Part shown: piece after piece, positions 9,334 to 19,484 of the stretch
How positions within the stretch are numbered: position 1 is the stretch's first letter
Layout of the letters: each line of letters begins with the position of its first letter
From: Nitrospirales bacterium
GTDB lineage: Bacteria; Nitrospirota; Nitrospiria; Nitrospirales; UBA2166
Assembly: GCA_012965905.1 (NCBI GenBank)
Contig: DTRN01000064.1
Coordinates: 1-37,043, forward strand
Direction of reading: 5' to 3'
Length of the DNA: 37,043 nt
The notes under the pieces: model-generated
Told to the model about the DNA's origin: nothing
The model's database searches: none
The model's input: the letters and a program-made list of their open reading frames with translations, nothing else
Translations under genes and position numbers: made by a program

Positions 9334-10082
9334 GGTAACTCCTTTTTCGTTTGATTCGCTTCCGAGGATTGATACTCATATCGCAAACAACGCTTGTTCA
9401 TCCACCAGACCGCACACAAATCCACGAGCCCACGCCACAGGCGGTTTTGGATCCCATATTTAGATGTCCCGTGGGCGCGTGGGAAATGCTGGACATCACA
9501 CTCGGTAACCGTAAAGCCATACATCTTGGCAAGGGCCGGAAAAAACCGATGCATTCCGTCAAAAAGCTGCAACCGGTCAATCAGTCGGCGGCTAAAGATC
9601 TTCAGCGAACACCCTGTATCCTGCATATGATCATGGGTCACGAGATTCCGGACCACGTTGGCCAGCCGAGAGGAAAATCCACGTATCGCATCGTCATGTC
9701 GTGTCGCTCGCCTCCCACACACAAGGTCAAAATTTTTGCTGAATGGAAGCAACCGGAGAATATCTGTGGGATCATATTGCAAATCCCCATCGAGTGTGGC
9801 GATGCGATCGCCTCTGGCTTGCTTAAACCCGGCATCGAACGCCGCAGTCTGCCCACAACGTTGCGCAAAATGAAACACCCTTACCACGTCATGTGCCACA
9901 CTGAGTTCATCAAGGACGATATCGCTCCCGTCGGTACTTCCATCATCGATATAGATAATCTCATAGGGTTCCTGAGCATGTGAGAGAACACGGATAATCT
10001 GCTCGGTTAATGGAGAAAGATTATCGCGTTCGTCATGAATCGGGATGACGATCGAGAGAAGGGAGTGATTGCGTTGCGACAA
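9330..10082 (-). CDS. GT2 glycosyltransferase (DPM1/ArnC-like polyprenyl-phosphate sugar transferase)
   Basis: Motifs SIVIP, IDDGSTD, GQTAAFDAGF, LDGDLQYDP, DTGCSLK, GMHRF. True start is probably TTG near 10082, just after the ttuA stop; the longer ORF start overlaps ttuA. Confidence 0.9.
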   Translation of the reverse strand: MSQRNHSLLSIVIPIHDERDNLSPLTEQIIRVLSHAQEPYEIIYIDDGSTDGSDIVLDELSVAHDVVRVFHFAQRCGQTAAFDAGFKQARGDRIATLDGDLQYDPTDILRLLPFSKNFDLVCGRRATRHDDAIRGFSSRLANVVRNLVTHDHMQDTGCSLKIFSRRLIDRLQLFDGMHRFFPALAKMYGFTVTECDVQHFPRAHGTSKYGIQNRLWRGLVDLCAVWWMNKRCLRYEYQSSEANQTKKELP

Positions 10083-10084
10083 GG

Positions 10085-11017
10085 TTACGAGACTTTTTGA
10101 TGGATTTTCGCCTTCGCCATCAACTTGCAATAGCTGCAGATCGTCGCCGAGGTCGGCTGACCACATTCTTCACATGGATGAAGTGTCGCGCGGTCCTGGT
10201 CGGATATCGATGGTTGATCTGATTTCGCCTTCTTTCGTTGCTGATCGAGAAATCCCCAATAAAAACTCTGCTTGGATCCTGGCGATGCTTGCTCAATGAC
10301 ATTCAGCGCTTCCTTGTAGACAAGCAGCCGTGATCCCGTCGCCATCGGGCAATCTTGAACGATGTAGTCAATACTGTTCACCACGCAGTAGGCCGCAATC
10401 TCTCGTTCGGTCAAGCGATAGAGAGGTTTGATCTTTTTCGCGAAGCCTTCCATCGAGGCCGGCAGGACAGGACTCTGCTTTTCAAGGAACTCCTGTTGCC
10501 AATGTAGGACATTCCCCATAAGTCGGGCAGCTTCGTCATCAAGATTATGCCCAGTGGCAAGGACATCGTAGTCTTGATCAACCGCCGTGCGATTGAATTG
10601 ATATCGTTTGATACACCCACACGTCGCACAGGTAGGACGTCGCACGAGATCGGCCAACTCACGAATGCCAATGCTCTCATCTGGGGTGGCGTCTTGTGTG
10701 AACAACGTTGCGTTGCGCGATTCCGCAAAGGCCTCCGCTTTTTCACGTGATCGGATCGAGTATTGCCCGATGCCCAAATCTACGTACAGCCCATCAGCCT
10801 GATATCCCAATTTCCTCAACATATCCCATAACGCGAGACTATCTTTCCCACCCGAGACCGCAACGAGGATCTTGTCCTCCTTGGTACACATCTTCTCCCG
10901 CCCGATCGCGCGTTCCACTTGGGCATGAGCATACTCGGTGAGGCAGGGACTGCACAACGCGGTATTGTGGCGTGGAATTGATAACACCGCTTTGCCAGGA
11001 CACTTACGACATTTCAT
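10085..11017 (-). CDS. ttuA: TtuA/TtcA/Ncs6-family tRNA 2-thiolation protein (PP-loop ATPase with Zn fingers)
   Basis: SGGKDS PP-loop, N-terminal CRKC/CSPC, central CATC, TGHNLDDE, C-terminal CEEC...CSYC; adjacent to a ThiS-like gene. Confidence 0.85.
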   Translation of the reverse strand: MKCRKCPGKAVLSIPRHNTALCSPCLTEYAHAQVERAIGREKMCTKEDKILVAVSGGKDSLALWDMLRKLGYQADGLYVDLGIGQYSIRSREKAEAFAESRNATLFTQDATPDESIGIRELADLVRRPTCATCGCIKRYQFNRTAVDQDYDVLATGHNLDDEAARLMGNVLHWQQEFLEKQSPVLPASMEGFAKKIKPLYRLTEREIAAYCVVNSIDYIVQDCPMATGSRLLVYKEALNVIEQASPGSKQSFYWGFLDQQRKKAKSDQPSISDQDRATLHPCEECGQPTSATICSYCKLMAKAKIHQKVS

Positions 11018-11215
11018 CTACGCGCCTCCAGAAATCACCGGTCGAATCTCGATGCTGTCCGAATCGCGAACCATCTCATCTTCTGTCAGAAGCCCATCGT
11101 CTCGAATAACCAGGACGGTTTCCGCAACGATTTTGAGCTCTTTTAGGATTACCTTGACCTGTTTGGGCCCTTGAAGCTCGAGGTTCCGATCAGGCTGAGA
11201 GAGATGAATGATCAT
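11018..11215 (-). CDS. ThiS/MoaD (TtuB-like) ubiquitin-like sulfur carrier
   Basis: 65 aa, MIIHLSQPDR...IEIRPVISGGA, immediately upstream of ttuA. The ORF-track extension to 11437 overlaps the NHL gene and was discarded. Confidence 0.85.
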   Translation of the reverse strand: MIIHLSQPDRNLELQGPKQVKVILKELKIVAETVLVIRDDGLLTEDEMVRDSDSIEIRPVISGGA

Positions 11216-11219
11216 TGTT

Positions 11220-12122
11220 TTAATGCACGGGCGGCTTCCACTTATATAACACAATCCGATCGTTGTGCGTGTCGGAAATCCAGATATGACCGATCCGTGC
11301 CTCAACACCTTCCGGGCCGTCGAGTTGATCACTCCCCTTTCCAGCTTTTCCTGTCCCGATCGTCGCAATAGACTTCCTGAATCGATTGAACACCTTGACT
11401 TGATGATTGAGTTGATCTGCAACGTATAGCCAATCACCTTCGTCTATCGCCATATATTTAGGTTCGTGAAAATCGGCCCCATCACCCCGAAACGTTCCAA
11501 CCACGTCAAGACTCGGACTCAAGATTTGAATGCGATTGTTCCCTGGATCGCCGACATAGAGTTGGCCATCGAGGGAGAACTCGATATCGTGCGGTCGAAC
11601 AAACCGACGAGCCCCCGGTCCGTGGGAACCAAGAGCATTAATTTTCTTTCCATGTTTAAACGCAAGAACGCTGTGTAATCCCGTATTGGTCACATAGATG
11701 ACTCCGCGAGAGTCAGACGTCACGCCTTCAGGACTTCCCAAGCCCCCACGTAATTCTGCCTCATACGTCGCCTTCGCTCCATCGACCTTATAAATCGCAA
11801 TCCGATCGTTCCCACTGTCAGCCACAAGTAATCGACCCATACGATCGAAGGCCACATCATGTGGAGCCGTCAGTTCTCCCTTCCCAATCACACCGAGGGT
11901 CTTTAGGGAAAATGGATCGAGAACCTTGACCACGTGATTCCCTAAATCTGCAACGTACAAGTACTGATTGCTCGGACCGAGCGCAAGATCGTGTGGATGG
12001 TCAAACGTTCCTGAGGAGACCTTCAGAAACATCACCTCATCTCCTACGGCATACAGCAGATGGGGAGTCAGCATCACGCTCGCGACAAGTAAGATGCTGA
12101 TCAGATGTGATCTCAAACGCAT
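11220..12122 (-). CDS. Exported NHL-repeat beta-propeller protein
   Basis: Repeats FDHPHDL...LYVADLGNH, PHDVAFD...LVADSGNDRI, PEGV, PHDI...GDPGNNRIQ. Signal peptide from ATG 12122 with GGAGG RBS. Confidence 0.9.
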   Translation of the reverse strand: MRLRSHLISILLVASVMLTPHLLYAVGDEVMFLKVSSGTFDHPHDLALGPSNQYLYVADLGNHVVKVLDPFSLKTLGVIGKGELTAPHDVAFDRMGRLLVADSGNDRIAIYKVDGAKATYEAELRGGLGSPEGVTSDSRGVIYVTNTGLHSVLAFKHGKKINALGSHGPGARRFVRPHDIEFSLDGQLYVGDPGNNRIQILSPSLDVVGTFRGDGADFHEPKYMAIDEGDWLYVADQLNHQVKVFNRFRKSIATIGTGKAGKGSDQLDGPEGVEARIGHIWISDTHNDRIVLYKWKPPVH

Positions 12123-12151
12123 AATTTCCCTCCGTTTCGTATTCGTGATGT

Positions 12152-12199
12152 CGAGGTGATTATACGATAGTTTGCAGAACTGCAAAGCCCAACACCTCG
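12152..12199 (-). promoter_or_regulatory. Putative promoter and operator of the NHL-thiS-ttuA unit
   Basis: Perfect TATAAT on the minus strand (12164-12159). Palindrome TTTGCAG-AA-CTGCAAA (12171-12186) covers the -35 region, with outer inverted repeat CGAGGTG/CACCTCG. Confidence 0.5.
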
Positions 12200-12314
12200 C
12201 GAGCCCCCTACCCACCCCCGCACCGCTGGGTTGACCAAGGTCCGTTGCCCGGCTGTGTTGGTTCGTGGTAGTTTTTGCTCTCGTTACCAACGAGTTTGAA
12301 CAGCGACGAATACT

Positions 12315-12755
12315 ATGGATCACACCGACGTGAATCAGCCACCGCATATGCTCGGCCTCCGGCATCTCGCCCTTCGTGTTGTTGATATCGAGCGGTCAAA
12401 AGCGTTTTACGCCCGCGTGTTCGGGATGCGGCCTGTATGGGAACCTGATCCACTGAACAGCTATCTCAGCTCGGGTTCAGACAATCTGGCGTTACATCAA
12501 ATATCTTCCGTCACGCCCTCTCGGGAAAACGCCCACGAGGGGGCACTCGATCATTTCGGGTTTCTCATGGAGAATCCAGAAGCGGTTGACGAGATGTTCC
12601 TTTGGGTCAAGAGTTGTCAGGCCCTAATTACCAAAGAGCCAAAACAACATCGCGACGGAAGCTATTCATTCTATATGGCAGACCCTGACGGCAATACCAT
12701 ACAAATCCTGTATGAACCGAACGTAACCGGACCATCGACGAATCCCGCTCGCTAA
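12315..12755 (+). CDS. VOC/glyoxalase family protein
   Basis: Motifs LRHLALRV, FYARVFGM, LDHFGF, FYMADPDGNTIQI. Confidence 0.9.
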   Translation: MDHTDVNQPPHMLGLRHLALRVVDIERSKAFYARVFGMRPVWEPDPLNSYLSSGSDNLALHQISSVTPSRENAHEGALDHFGFLMENPEAVDEMFLWVKSCQALITKEPKQHRDGSYSFYMADPDGNTIQILYEPNVTGPSTNPAR

Positions 12756-12773
12756 GGCTTGTCCCTAAATTGT

Positions 12774-14906
12774 ATGTGGCTTAAGCGCCTCCTCATTCTC
12801 ATTCCACTGCTGTTAACCGCTATTCTCTTGCAGTCTTACTTCTGGGTTCCAACCTATGAGACGCAGGCGAAAGGAAACCCCAAGCGACTTCTCAAGTACA
12901 TCGAGGCATCATCTGGTGATGCCAAGATTTTGAATCCCATTTTGAATGCGGATAGTGCAAGCAGCAATATCGTCGGTATGGTCTTCGATGGCCTGTTGGA
13001 TTTAGACGAGAATCTTGCGCTCCGCGGTCGTTTGGCCACCGACTGGACCATTACCGAACAGGCCTATTTGCTTGTTGACCCGGACTCGCAACTTCCTGAT
13101 GGTCGGCAGGCCACTGGCACACTCATTCAACAACGAATACAGCATGCGCTCAACTCCGGAGCCATTCCTGAACTGGATGGAGTATTGCTCAATATACGCG
13201 GGATGCCATCGGGCTTTCGCACCACGACGGTCGAAGTACTCACCCCAAATAAAAACAATCAATCGAAAACGACATCCGTCGCAGTATCGATCACTGTTCC
13301 TGAACGCCTTGCGTTTACTCTTAATCGAGTCGATCAGGATTTTTTCGACCGATTAGCGCCTATTATCGGAGCGCAATACGGCACCAATTTTGCACATGAC
13401 ACGTATATCCAAATTATAGATTCAGTGGACGCAAAAATTGAGGCGCAAGTCAAAGCGCAATTCCCATCACTCCTCAGCGTCACCGAACATAATCCGGAAA
13501 TTTTGTTTCATCTGCGGAAAGGCGTGCGCTTCCACGACGGACAGGAGCTAGATGCCGGCGACGTCAAGTTTACCTACGAATCGATTATGAATCCCAGAAA
13601 CATCTCCCCCCGCACTTCGGATTTCGAACCGATCAAGAGCGTGACGATTCTAGATTCACATACCGTGAAGGTGATCTACAAACGGCTGTTTTCCCCCGCC
13701 ATCTCGGCATGGACGATGGGCATTCTTCCAGAGCATCTCTTGAATGACGCTGCGATGCAAAAGGAAATGAATGATCGCGACCTCTCCGACGCGACGAGAG
13801 CAACCTTCGGCATGCGTGATAGCCGGTTCAACCGAAATCCAGTCGGTGTTGGATCATTTCGCTTTGTCGAATGGCAGAGTGACCAGTTTATCAAACTTGA
13901 ACGAAATGAATATTACTGGGAGGGGGCTCCGGAGTATGAACAATACATCGTCCGAATCATCCCAGAGTCGCTTCTCCAGGAGATAGAGTTTCGTACAGGG
14001 GCCGTTGACTTCTATTCTGCGCTTCCACACCAAGTCGCGCGTTATCGTGAGGACGACAGATATCAGAATTTTTCTAGCCTTGGGTTTGGGTATGTCTACA
14101 TTGGATACAACAACCGTAAACCACTCTTCGCCGATCCTCGGGTTCGCCGAGCAATGAGCATGGCCATCAACACCAATGAGATTATTCAATATATTATGTA
14201 TAACGAAGCCGAGCGTGTCACCGGGCCATTTCCCAAAGTCACAGAATGGTATGACGAGTCAATTCAGCCAATTCCCTATGACCCGGACGGAGCACGCAAA
14301 TTACTCGAATCTCTGGGGTGGAAAAAAAATGCAGAGGGATGGCTCGAAAAAGATGGAAAGATTTTCGAGTTCAACATGGTCACCAACAGCGGCAATTCTG
14401 TTCGAAAAAATATCATGTCGATCGCACAAAACGCCTGGAAGAAAATAGGCATCAAGTGCAATACGCAATACTTTGAGTGGGCGGTGTTTCTGAAAGACTT
14501 TATCAATACCGGTGATTTTGACGCCACAGTGCTGGGGTGGAGTATGGGCATTGACCCCGACCTATACCAAATATGGCATTCGTCCCAAGCCGGCCCACAA
14601 CAGTTAAATTTTGTCGGATATAACAACCCACACGCCGACGAACTCATCGTGCGCATTCGGCAAGAATATGATCGTGACCAACAGCGGGTACTTGCGCATG
14701 AGTTGCATCGCACCATTCACGAAGACCAGCCCTATACTTTTCTCTATGCGGCCAAGGGAACCAGAATTCTCGACAAGAAAATCGTGATTGTCGAACGACA
14801 GCCGGACGGAAACGAGCAGTACAAAAAAATCTATCCGCTGAAGAGTGGATCCATTCAGTTTTACTTTAATAAGTGGCGAAAACTGGAACATACGCCGGCA
14901 TTCTGA
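12774..14906 (+). CDS. oppA: Opp/Dpp-family ABC substrate-binding protein with N-terminal TM anchor and large insertion
   Basis: Motifs LNPIL, FDGLL, FHLRKGVRFHDG, DVKFTY, PVGVGSF, FADPRVRRAMSMAIN; about 710 aa. Confidence 0.9.
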   Translation: MWLKRLLILIPLLLTAILLQSYFWVPTYETQAKGNPKRLLKYIEASSGDAKILNPILNADSASSNIVGMVFDGLLDLDENLALRGRLATDWTITEQAYLLVDPDSQLPDGRQATGTLIQQRIQHALNSGAIPELDGVLLNIRGMPSGFRTTTVEVLTPNKNNQSKTTSVAVSITVPERLAFTLNRVDQDFFDRLAPIIGAQYGTNFAHDTYIQIIDSVDAKIEAQVKAQFPSLLSVTEHNPEILFHLRKGVRFHDGQELDAGDVKFTYESIMNPRNISPRTSDFEPIKSVTILDSHTVKVIYKRLFSPAISAWTMGILPEHLLNDAAMQKEMNDRDLSDATRATFGMRDSRFNRNPVGVGSFRFVEWQSDQFIKLERNEYYWEGAPEYEQYIVRIIPESLLQEIEFRTGAVDFYSALPHQVARYREDDRYQNFSSLGFGYVYIGYNNRKPLFADPRVRRAMSMAINTNEIIQYIMYNEAERVTGPFPKVTEWYDESIQPIPYDPDGARKLLESLGWKKNAEGWLEKDGKIFEFNMVTNSGNSVRKNIMSIAQNAWKKIGIKCNTQYFEWAVFLKDFINTGDFDATVLGWSMGIDPDLYQIWHSSQAGPQQLNFVGYNNPHADELIVRIRQEYDRDQQRVLAHELHRTIHEDQPYTFLYAAKGTRILDKKIVIVERQPDGNEQYKKIYPLKSGSIQFYFNKWRKLEHTPAF

Positions 14907-14908
14907 TT

Positions 14909-15871
14909 ATGTGGACCTACATCGCACGAAATATCCTCCAACGTATCGTCACGCTGATCATTGTTTCCATTGTGGCACATTCATTTGTGCACCTAGCGCC
15001 AGGCGAACCGAGCGAGGTTGATCCATCAAATCCGAGGATGAAACCGGCTGACATTGAACTTATCCGTGCCGCATTTCACCTAGATGATCCGTTGTATCTT
15101 CAATATGGCTATTGGATGCGCGATCTTTTCACTGGGGAGCTGAAATCATTCAAAGATAACCAACCCGTCCTCCCAAAGATTTGGCAGCGTTTTCTCAACT
15201 CACTTCCTTTGCTTATCTGTGCAACCCTCATTATATGGAGTCTCTCGTTTCCTACCGGCATTTATGCAGCCATTCGAAGAGGATCTGTGTACGACCGGAC
15301 GACTACGTTCACCGCCTATGCGCTGATCTCAATTCCAGGCTTCTTCTTGTCGTACATTATGATTTTGTGGGTGGTCAACACCTTTAACGTACCTGTCATT
15401 GGGATGAAGACCTTTGGTATGGAGGATGCTGACCTCGCATTTCGATCGATGGACCGACTCTGGCACCTCGTGCTCCCCTCTGCCCTTTCAGCGGTCGGTG
15501 GCATTGCCGTCCTATCGCGATATGTACGTTCGCAGATGCTGGAAGTCATCGGGCAAGATTATGTTCGAACAGCCCGCGCCAAGGGCCTTTCAGAGGATAA
15601 CGTCATTTACCGCCATGCGCTGCAGAACGCGTTGCTTCCGTTTGTCACAATGTTTGGATTCCTGCTGCCGGCCCTCATTGGCGGCTCGGTCATATTCGAA
15701 CAGATTTTCGCGTGGCCAGGGCTCGGACGTCTGGGGTATGAGGCCATTCTGGCACGCGATTTCCCCGTCATTCTTACCATCAACTTAATCGCTGCCGTGC
15801 TCACACTTGCGGGAACATTGGTCTCCGACCTGTTGTATGCGGTGGTTGATCCTCGGATTCGGTTGCAGTGA
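14909..15871 (+). CDS. oppB: Peptide/nickel ABC permease B
   Basis: EAA-like loop DYVRTARAKGL; IFEQIFAWPGLG; DPRIR C-terminus. Confidence 0.93.
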   Translation: MWTYIARNILQRIVTLIIVSIVAHSFVHLAPGEPSEVDPSNPRMKPADIELIRAAFHLDDPLYLQYGYWMRDLFTGELKSFKDNQPVLPKIWQRFLNSLPLLICATLIIWSLSFPTGIYAAIRRGSVYDRTTTFTAYALISIPGFFLSYIMILWVVNTFNVPVIGMKTFGMEDADLAFRSMDRLWHLVLPSALSAVGGIAVLSRYVRSQMLEVIGQDYVRTARAKGLSEDNVIYRHALQNALLPFVTMFGFLLPALIGGSVIFEQIFAWPGLGRLGYEAILARDFPVILTINLIAAVLTLAGTLVSDLLYAVVDPRIRLQ

Positions 15872-16860
15872 TGACGATGAACACTCAGCAATCAGCAATG
15901 AGCCCTCACAGGGAAACTATAGCCGAACTGCCCCCGCATGAAACGCAGGTGCAGGAGTTTTGGCGGATACTCAAGAAGGACCGGCTGGCGATCTTCGGGA
16001 TGATCGTGTTAGGCGTGCTGTTGATGCTGGCGATTGCAGCCAAGGTTACGACCGAATGGGTGGTGATATTCGATCCGTCAACTGTGCGTCTCCCCGATAA
16101 GTTCCTTCCTCCAATGTCAGACGCATCCACCGATCTCATTCCTAGTGAAGATCGACCGGTATTCGGAATCTATCTGTTCGGAACCGACGAACTGGGCCGC
16201 GACGTATTCGCTCGTATGCTTCAAGGGTCGTTTGTCTCGCTTTCGATCGGATTTATCGCAGTCGGAATATCAGTGGCGATTGGAATCTTGCTCGGGGGAC
16301 TTTCCGGCTACTACGGCAACGTCAAACTCGGATTCATGACTGTCGACACCCTGATTATGCGTTTTACCGACGTCATGCTCTGTTTTCCGACGTTCTTCCT
16401 GATTCTCACCGTCGTCGCACTACTCCCACCGAGTATCTATAACATCATGATCGTGATCGGTGTTACCAGTTGGATGGGCACCGCGCGATTCGTGCGCGCT
16501 GAATTCTTGTCGTTGCGAGAGCAGGATTTTGTTGTCGCGGCGAAGGCATTGGGCCTCCCAGAACGCCGAATCATCTTTCGCCATATGGTTCCGAATGCGA
16601 TGGCCCCCGTTCTTGTATCCGCCACCATTGGAGTAGCATCGGCCATTCTCACCGAATCTGCACTCAGCTTTCTAGGCTTTGGCGTCCAGCCACCATTTGC
16701 AACCTGGGGGAATATCCTCTCCGACGGCAAAGGATTTATTTTTGATGCCCCATGGCTGTTTTTCATCCCTGGGTTCGCCATCCTCATCGTCGTCCTCGCA
16801 TTCAATCTTTTCGGAGAGGGTTTACGCGAGGCGCTGAACCCGAAACTGCGAAGACGATAA
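15868..16860 (+). CDS. oppC: Peptide/nickel ABC permease C
   Basis: Motifs FGTDELGRD, DFVVAAKALG, ESALSFLGFGVQPP..WG, FNLFGEGLREALNP. Confidence 0.93.
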   Translation: MMTMNTQQSAMSPHRETIAELPPHETQVQEFWRILKKDRLAIFGMIVLGVLLMLAIAAKVTTEWVVIFDPSTVRLPDKFLPPMSDASTDLIPSEDRPVFGIYLFGTDELGRDVFARMLQGSFVSLSIGFIAVGISVAIGILLGGLSGYYGNVKLGFMTVDTLIMRFTDVMLCFPTFFLILTVVALLPPSIYNIMIVIGVTSWMGTARFVRAEFLSLREQDFVVAAKALGLPERRIIFRHMVPNAMAPVLVSATIGVASAILTESALSFLGFGVQPPFATWGNILSDGKGFIFDAPWLFFIPGFAILIVVLAFNLFGEGLREALNPKLRRR

Positions 16861-17850
16861 GTGAACACAGTACACACTCCATTACTCGACGTCAGAAACC
16901 TGTCGACATCTTTCTTCACTGAAAACGGTGAAGTAGGTGCGGTACAGGATGTGAGCTTTCAAATCCAGGCAGGAGAAACCCTCGCCCTGGTTGGGGAATC
17001 CGGATGTGGAAAGTCAGTCACAGCTCTTTCAATCATGCAATTGCTTGACTATCCAGGACAAGTCGTTAACGGCCAGATTCTCTTTGACGAGCAGGACCTG
17101 ACGCAAGCTAGCGAACCAGAACTTCAAGCCATTCGTGGCAATAAGATCGGAATGATCTTTCAGGAACCCATGACATCGCTCAATCCGGTATTCAGAATCG
17201 GCGATCAAATTGGAGAAGCATTATTCACACACAAGGGTTTTACCAAAGAGCAGTCAAAAGCCGAATCTCTACGATTATTGGATCGAGTAGAAATTCCCTC
17301 ACCTGAGAGACGAATCGATCAATATCCCCACGAGCTTTCAGGTGGGATGAAGCAGCGAGTGATGATCGCCATGGCCCTCGCGTGCGGCCCCGACCTACTC
17401 ATCGCGGACGAGCCAACCACTGCACTCGATGTGACGATTCAAGCTCAAATTCTCGATTTACTAAGAACCTTGCAGGACGACATGGGCATGGCCATCCTCT
17501 TGATCACACACAACCTGGGGATCGTGGCACAATTTGCTCGTAACGTGGTGGTCATGTACGCTAGCAAAATCGTGGAGCGAACTGATGTGCTGACGCTCTT
17601 TAAGAACCCGCAGCATCCATATACAAACGCCCTTCTCAATGCGCTTCCCCGCCCGGGGCAACAGTCCACCCGTCTTGCATCAATTGACGGCATGGTTCCC
17701 TCCCCGCTTCTCTATCCCCGAGGCTGCCACTTTGCGCCTCGTTGCAGGGATCGACTCGACCACTGCATGGATCAGAAACCAGCGTTAATTCAAACCGAGC
17801 CTACGCACGAGACAGCCTGTTGGTTGTACGACAAATCAGAGGTGCAATGA
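16861..17850 (+). CDS. oppD: Peptide ABC ATPase D
   Basis: [24 protein letters not shown] and C-terminal GCHFAPRC...ACW. Confidence 0.95.
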   Translation: MNTVHTPLLDVRNLSTSFFTENGEVGAVQDVSFQIQAGETLALVGESGCGKSVTALSIMQLLDYPGQVVNGQILFDEQDLTQASEPELQAIRGNKIGMIFQEPMTSLNPVFRIGDQIGEALFTHKGFTKEQSKAESLRLLDRVEIPSPERRIDQYPHELSGGMKQRVMIAMALACGPDLLIADEPTTALDVTIQAQILDLLRTLQDDMGMAILLITHNLGIVAQFARNVVVMYASKIVERTDVLTLFKNPQHPYTNALLNALPRPGQQSTRLASIDGMVPSPLLYPRGCHFAPRCRDRLDHCMDQKPALIQTEPTHETACWLYDKSEVQ

Positions 17851-19484
17851 TGGCACGGATATTTGTCTTGACCTGTTGTGCATTGATGCTGGGAATCACG
17901 GGACCACACGCGGCAGCCACACAACAGGCACCGCTGTTTGAGAACCTCGGAACCTATCACCGCACGATTACCACCAAGAGTTCTCTCGCCCAGCGCTATT
18001 TCAATCAAGGCATGATTTTCACTTACGCATTCAATCACGCCGAAGCGATTCGATCGTTTCGCGAATCCTCACGGCTCGATCCCGCCTGCGCCATGTGCTT
18101 TTGGGGCGAGGCCCTGGCCCTAGGCCCGAATATCAACGCGGCCATGGCTGATATCACCGTACCTGAAGCGTATGCCGCTCTCCAAAAAGCCGTTCAGCTT
18201 TCGCACAAGGCAAGCAAAGCCGAGCAAGCGTACATCGCGGCGCTACAACCTCGTTATGCCGAAGAACCAAGTGAAAACCAGAAGACGTTAGCCCTGGCGT
18301 ATGCAAAAGCAATGCGGGACCTTTGGCAACGATACCCTGACGATATGGACGCCGCGACGCTATTTGCCGAAGCGCTGATGAACACCACACCCTGGGACTA
18401 TTGGCAACCGGATGGACAAGCTAAAGTGGTCACCGAAGAGATCGTCGTGACCCTAGAACTCATTCTTAAGCGGACGCCCAGTCACCCTGGAGCGAATCAC
18501 TACTATATTCACGCGGTGGAAGCATCTCCCACACCTAACCGTGCAGAAGCTGCCGCGGACCGATTGAGAACCTTGGTTCCTGGAGCCGGACACCTAGTCC
18601 ACATGCCCGCGCATATCTACGTCCGCATCGGCCGGTATCACGACGCGTCAATCGCCAATGAACTGGCCGCAAAAGCTGACGAATCATACTTTACCCAAAG
18701 CAAAGCTCAAGGCATTTATCCCGCACTCTACTATCCACACAACATTCACTTCCTCTGGCATGCCGCAAGCTTTGAAGGACGTAGTCATGTCGCAATGAGC
18801 GCTGCGAGAAAGCTCATCGAGAATGTTTCAATGGAACGGGTGCGAGAGGTTCCAAGACTAGAGCGATTTTTCCCTACTCCGTTGCTCGCACTGGCGCAAT
18901 TTGGGAAATGGGATGAAATTCTCGCTGAATCAAAACCAGCCCAGGAATTTGCTTACCATCTCGCCATGTGGCATTACGTGCGCGGCCTTGCGTGGGCCGC
19001 CAAGCGCGAGACGAAGAAGTTGACGCAGGAGCGCGACTCCTTCCAAGACATTGCAGAGGGGGCCTTACTTCAGAAGCTGATTGATGTCGCCGGATCCTTT
19101 CCAGTTCGTCAGCTTCTCGACATCGCGGACAATATCCTCTCTGGCGAGCAGGCACGTCTTAGTAAGCATACGGAACAGATGATTCAGCACTTTGAGACCG
19201 CCGTCGCCTTCGAAGACGGTCTACCATACATGGAACCACCCTACTGGTATGTGCCAGTCCGCCAATTTCTAGGAGCTGCGTTGTTAGACGCAGGAAAACC
19301 TAAAGAAGCCCAAGCGGTATACCAAAAAGACTTAATCGCACACCCGCATAACGGCTGGTCACTATTTGGTCTCGTACAAAGCCTTGAAGCACAAGGGCAA
19401 ACCGGTGATGCGGCCAAGGCGCACAAACGATATGAGAAAGCGTGGAGCAAAGCCGACGTGACACTTCGCGCGTCACGGTACTGA
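17847..19484 (+). CDS. Exported TPR-like helical protein with His-rich motifs, function unknown
   Basis: Signal peptide; motifs AQRYFNQG...[57 protein letters not shown] overlap with oppD and TGATG overlap with oppF. Confidence 0.85.
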   Translation: MMARIFVLTCCALMLGITGPHAAATQQAPLFENLGTYHRTITTKSSLAQRYFNQGMIFTYAFNHAEAIRSFRESSRLDPACAMCFWGEALALGPNINAAMADITVPEAYAALQKAVQLSHKASKAEQAYIAALQPRYAEEPSENQKTLALAYAKAMRDLWQRYPDDMDAATLFAEALMNTTPWDYWQPDGQAKVVTEEIVVTLELILKRTPSHPGANHYYIHAVEASPTPNRAEAAADRLRTLVPGAGHLVHMPAHIYVRIGRYHDASIANELAAKADESYFTQSKAQGIYPALYYPHNIHFLWHAASFEGRSHVAMSAARKLIENVSMERVREVPRLERFFPTPLLALAQFGKWDEILAESKPAQEFAYHLAMWHYVRGLAWAAKRETKKLTQERDSFQDIAEGALLQKLIDVAGSFPVRQLLDIADNILSGEQARLSKHTEQMIQHFETAVAFEDGLPYMEPPYWYVPVRQFLGAALLDAGKPKEAQAVYQKDLIAHPHNGWSLFGLVQSLEAQGQTGDAAKAHKRYEKAWSKADVTLRASRY

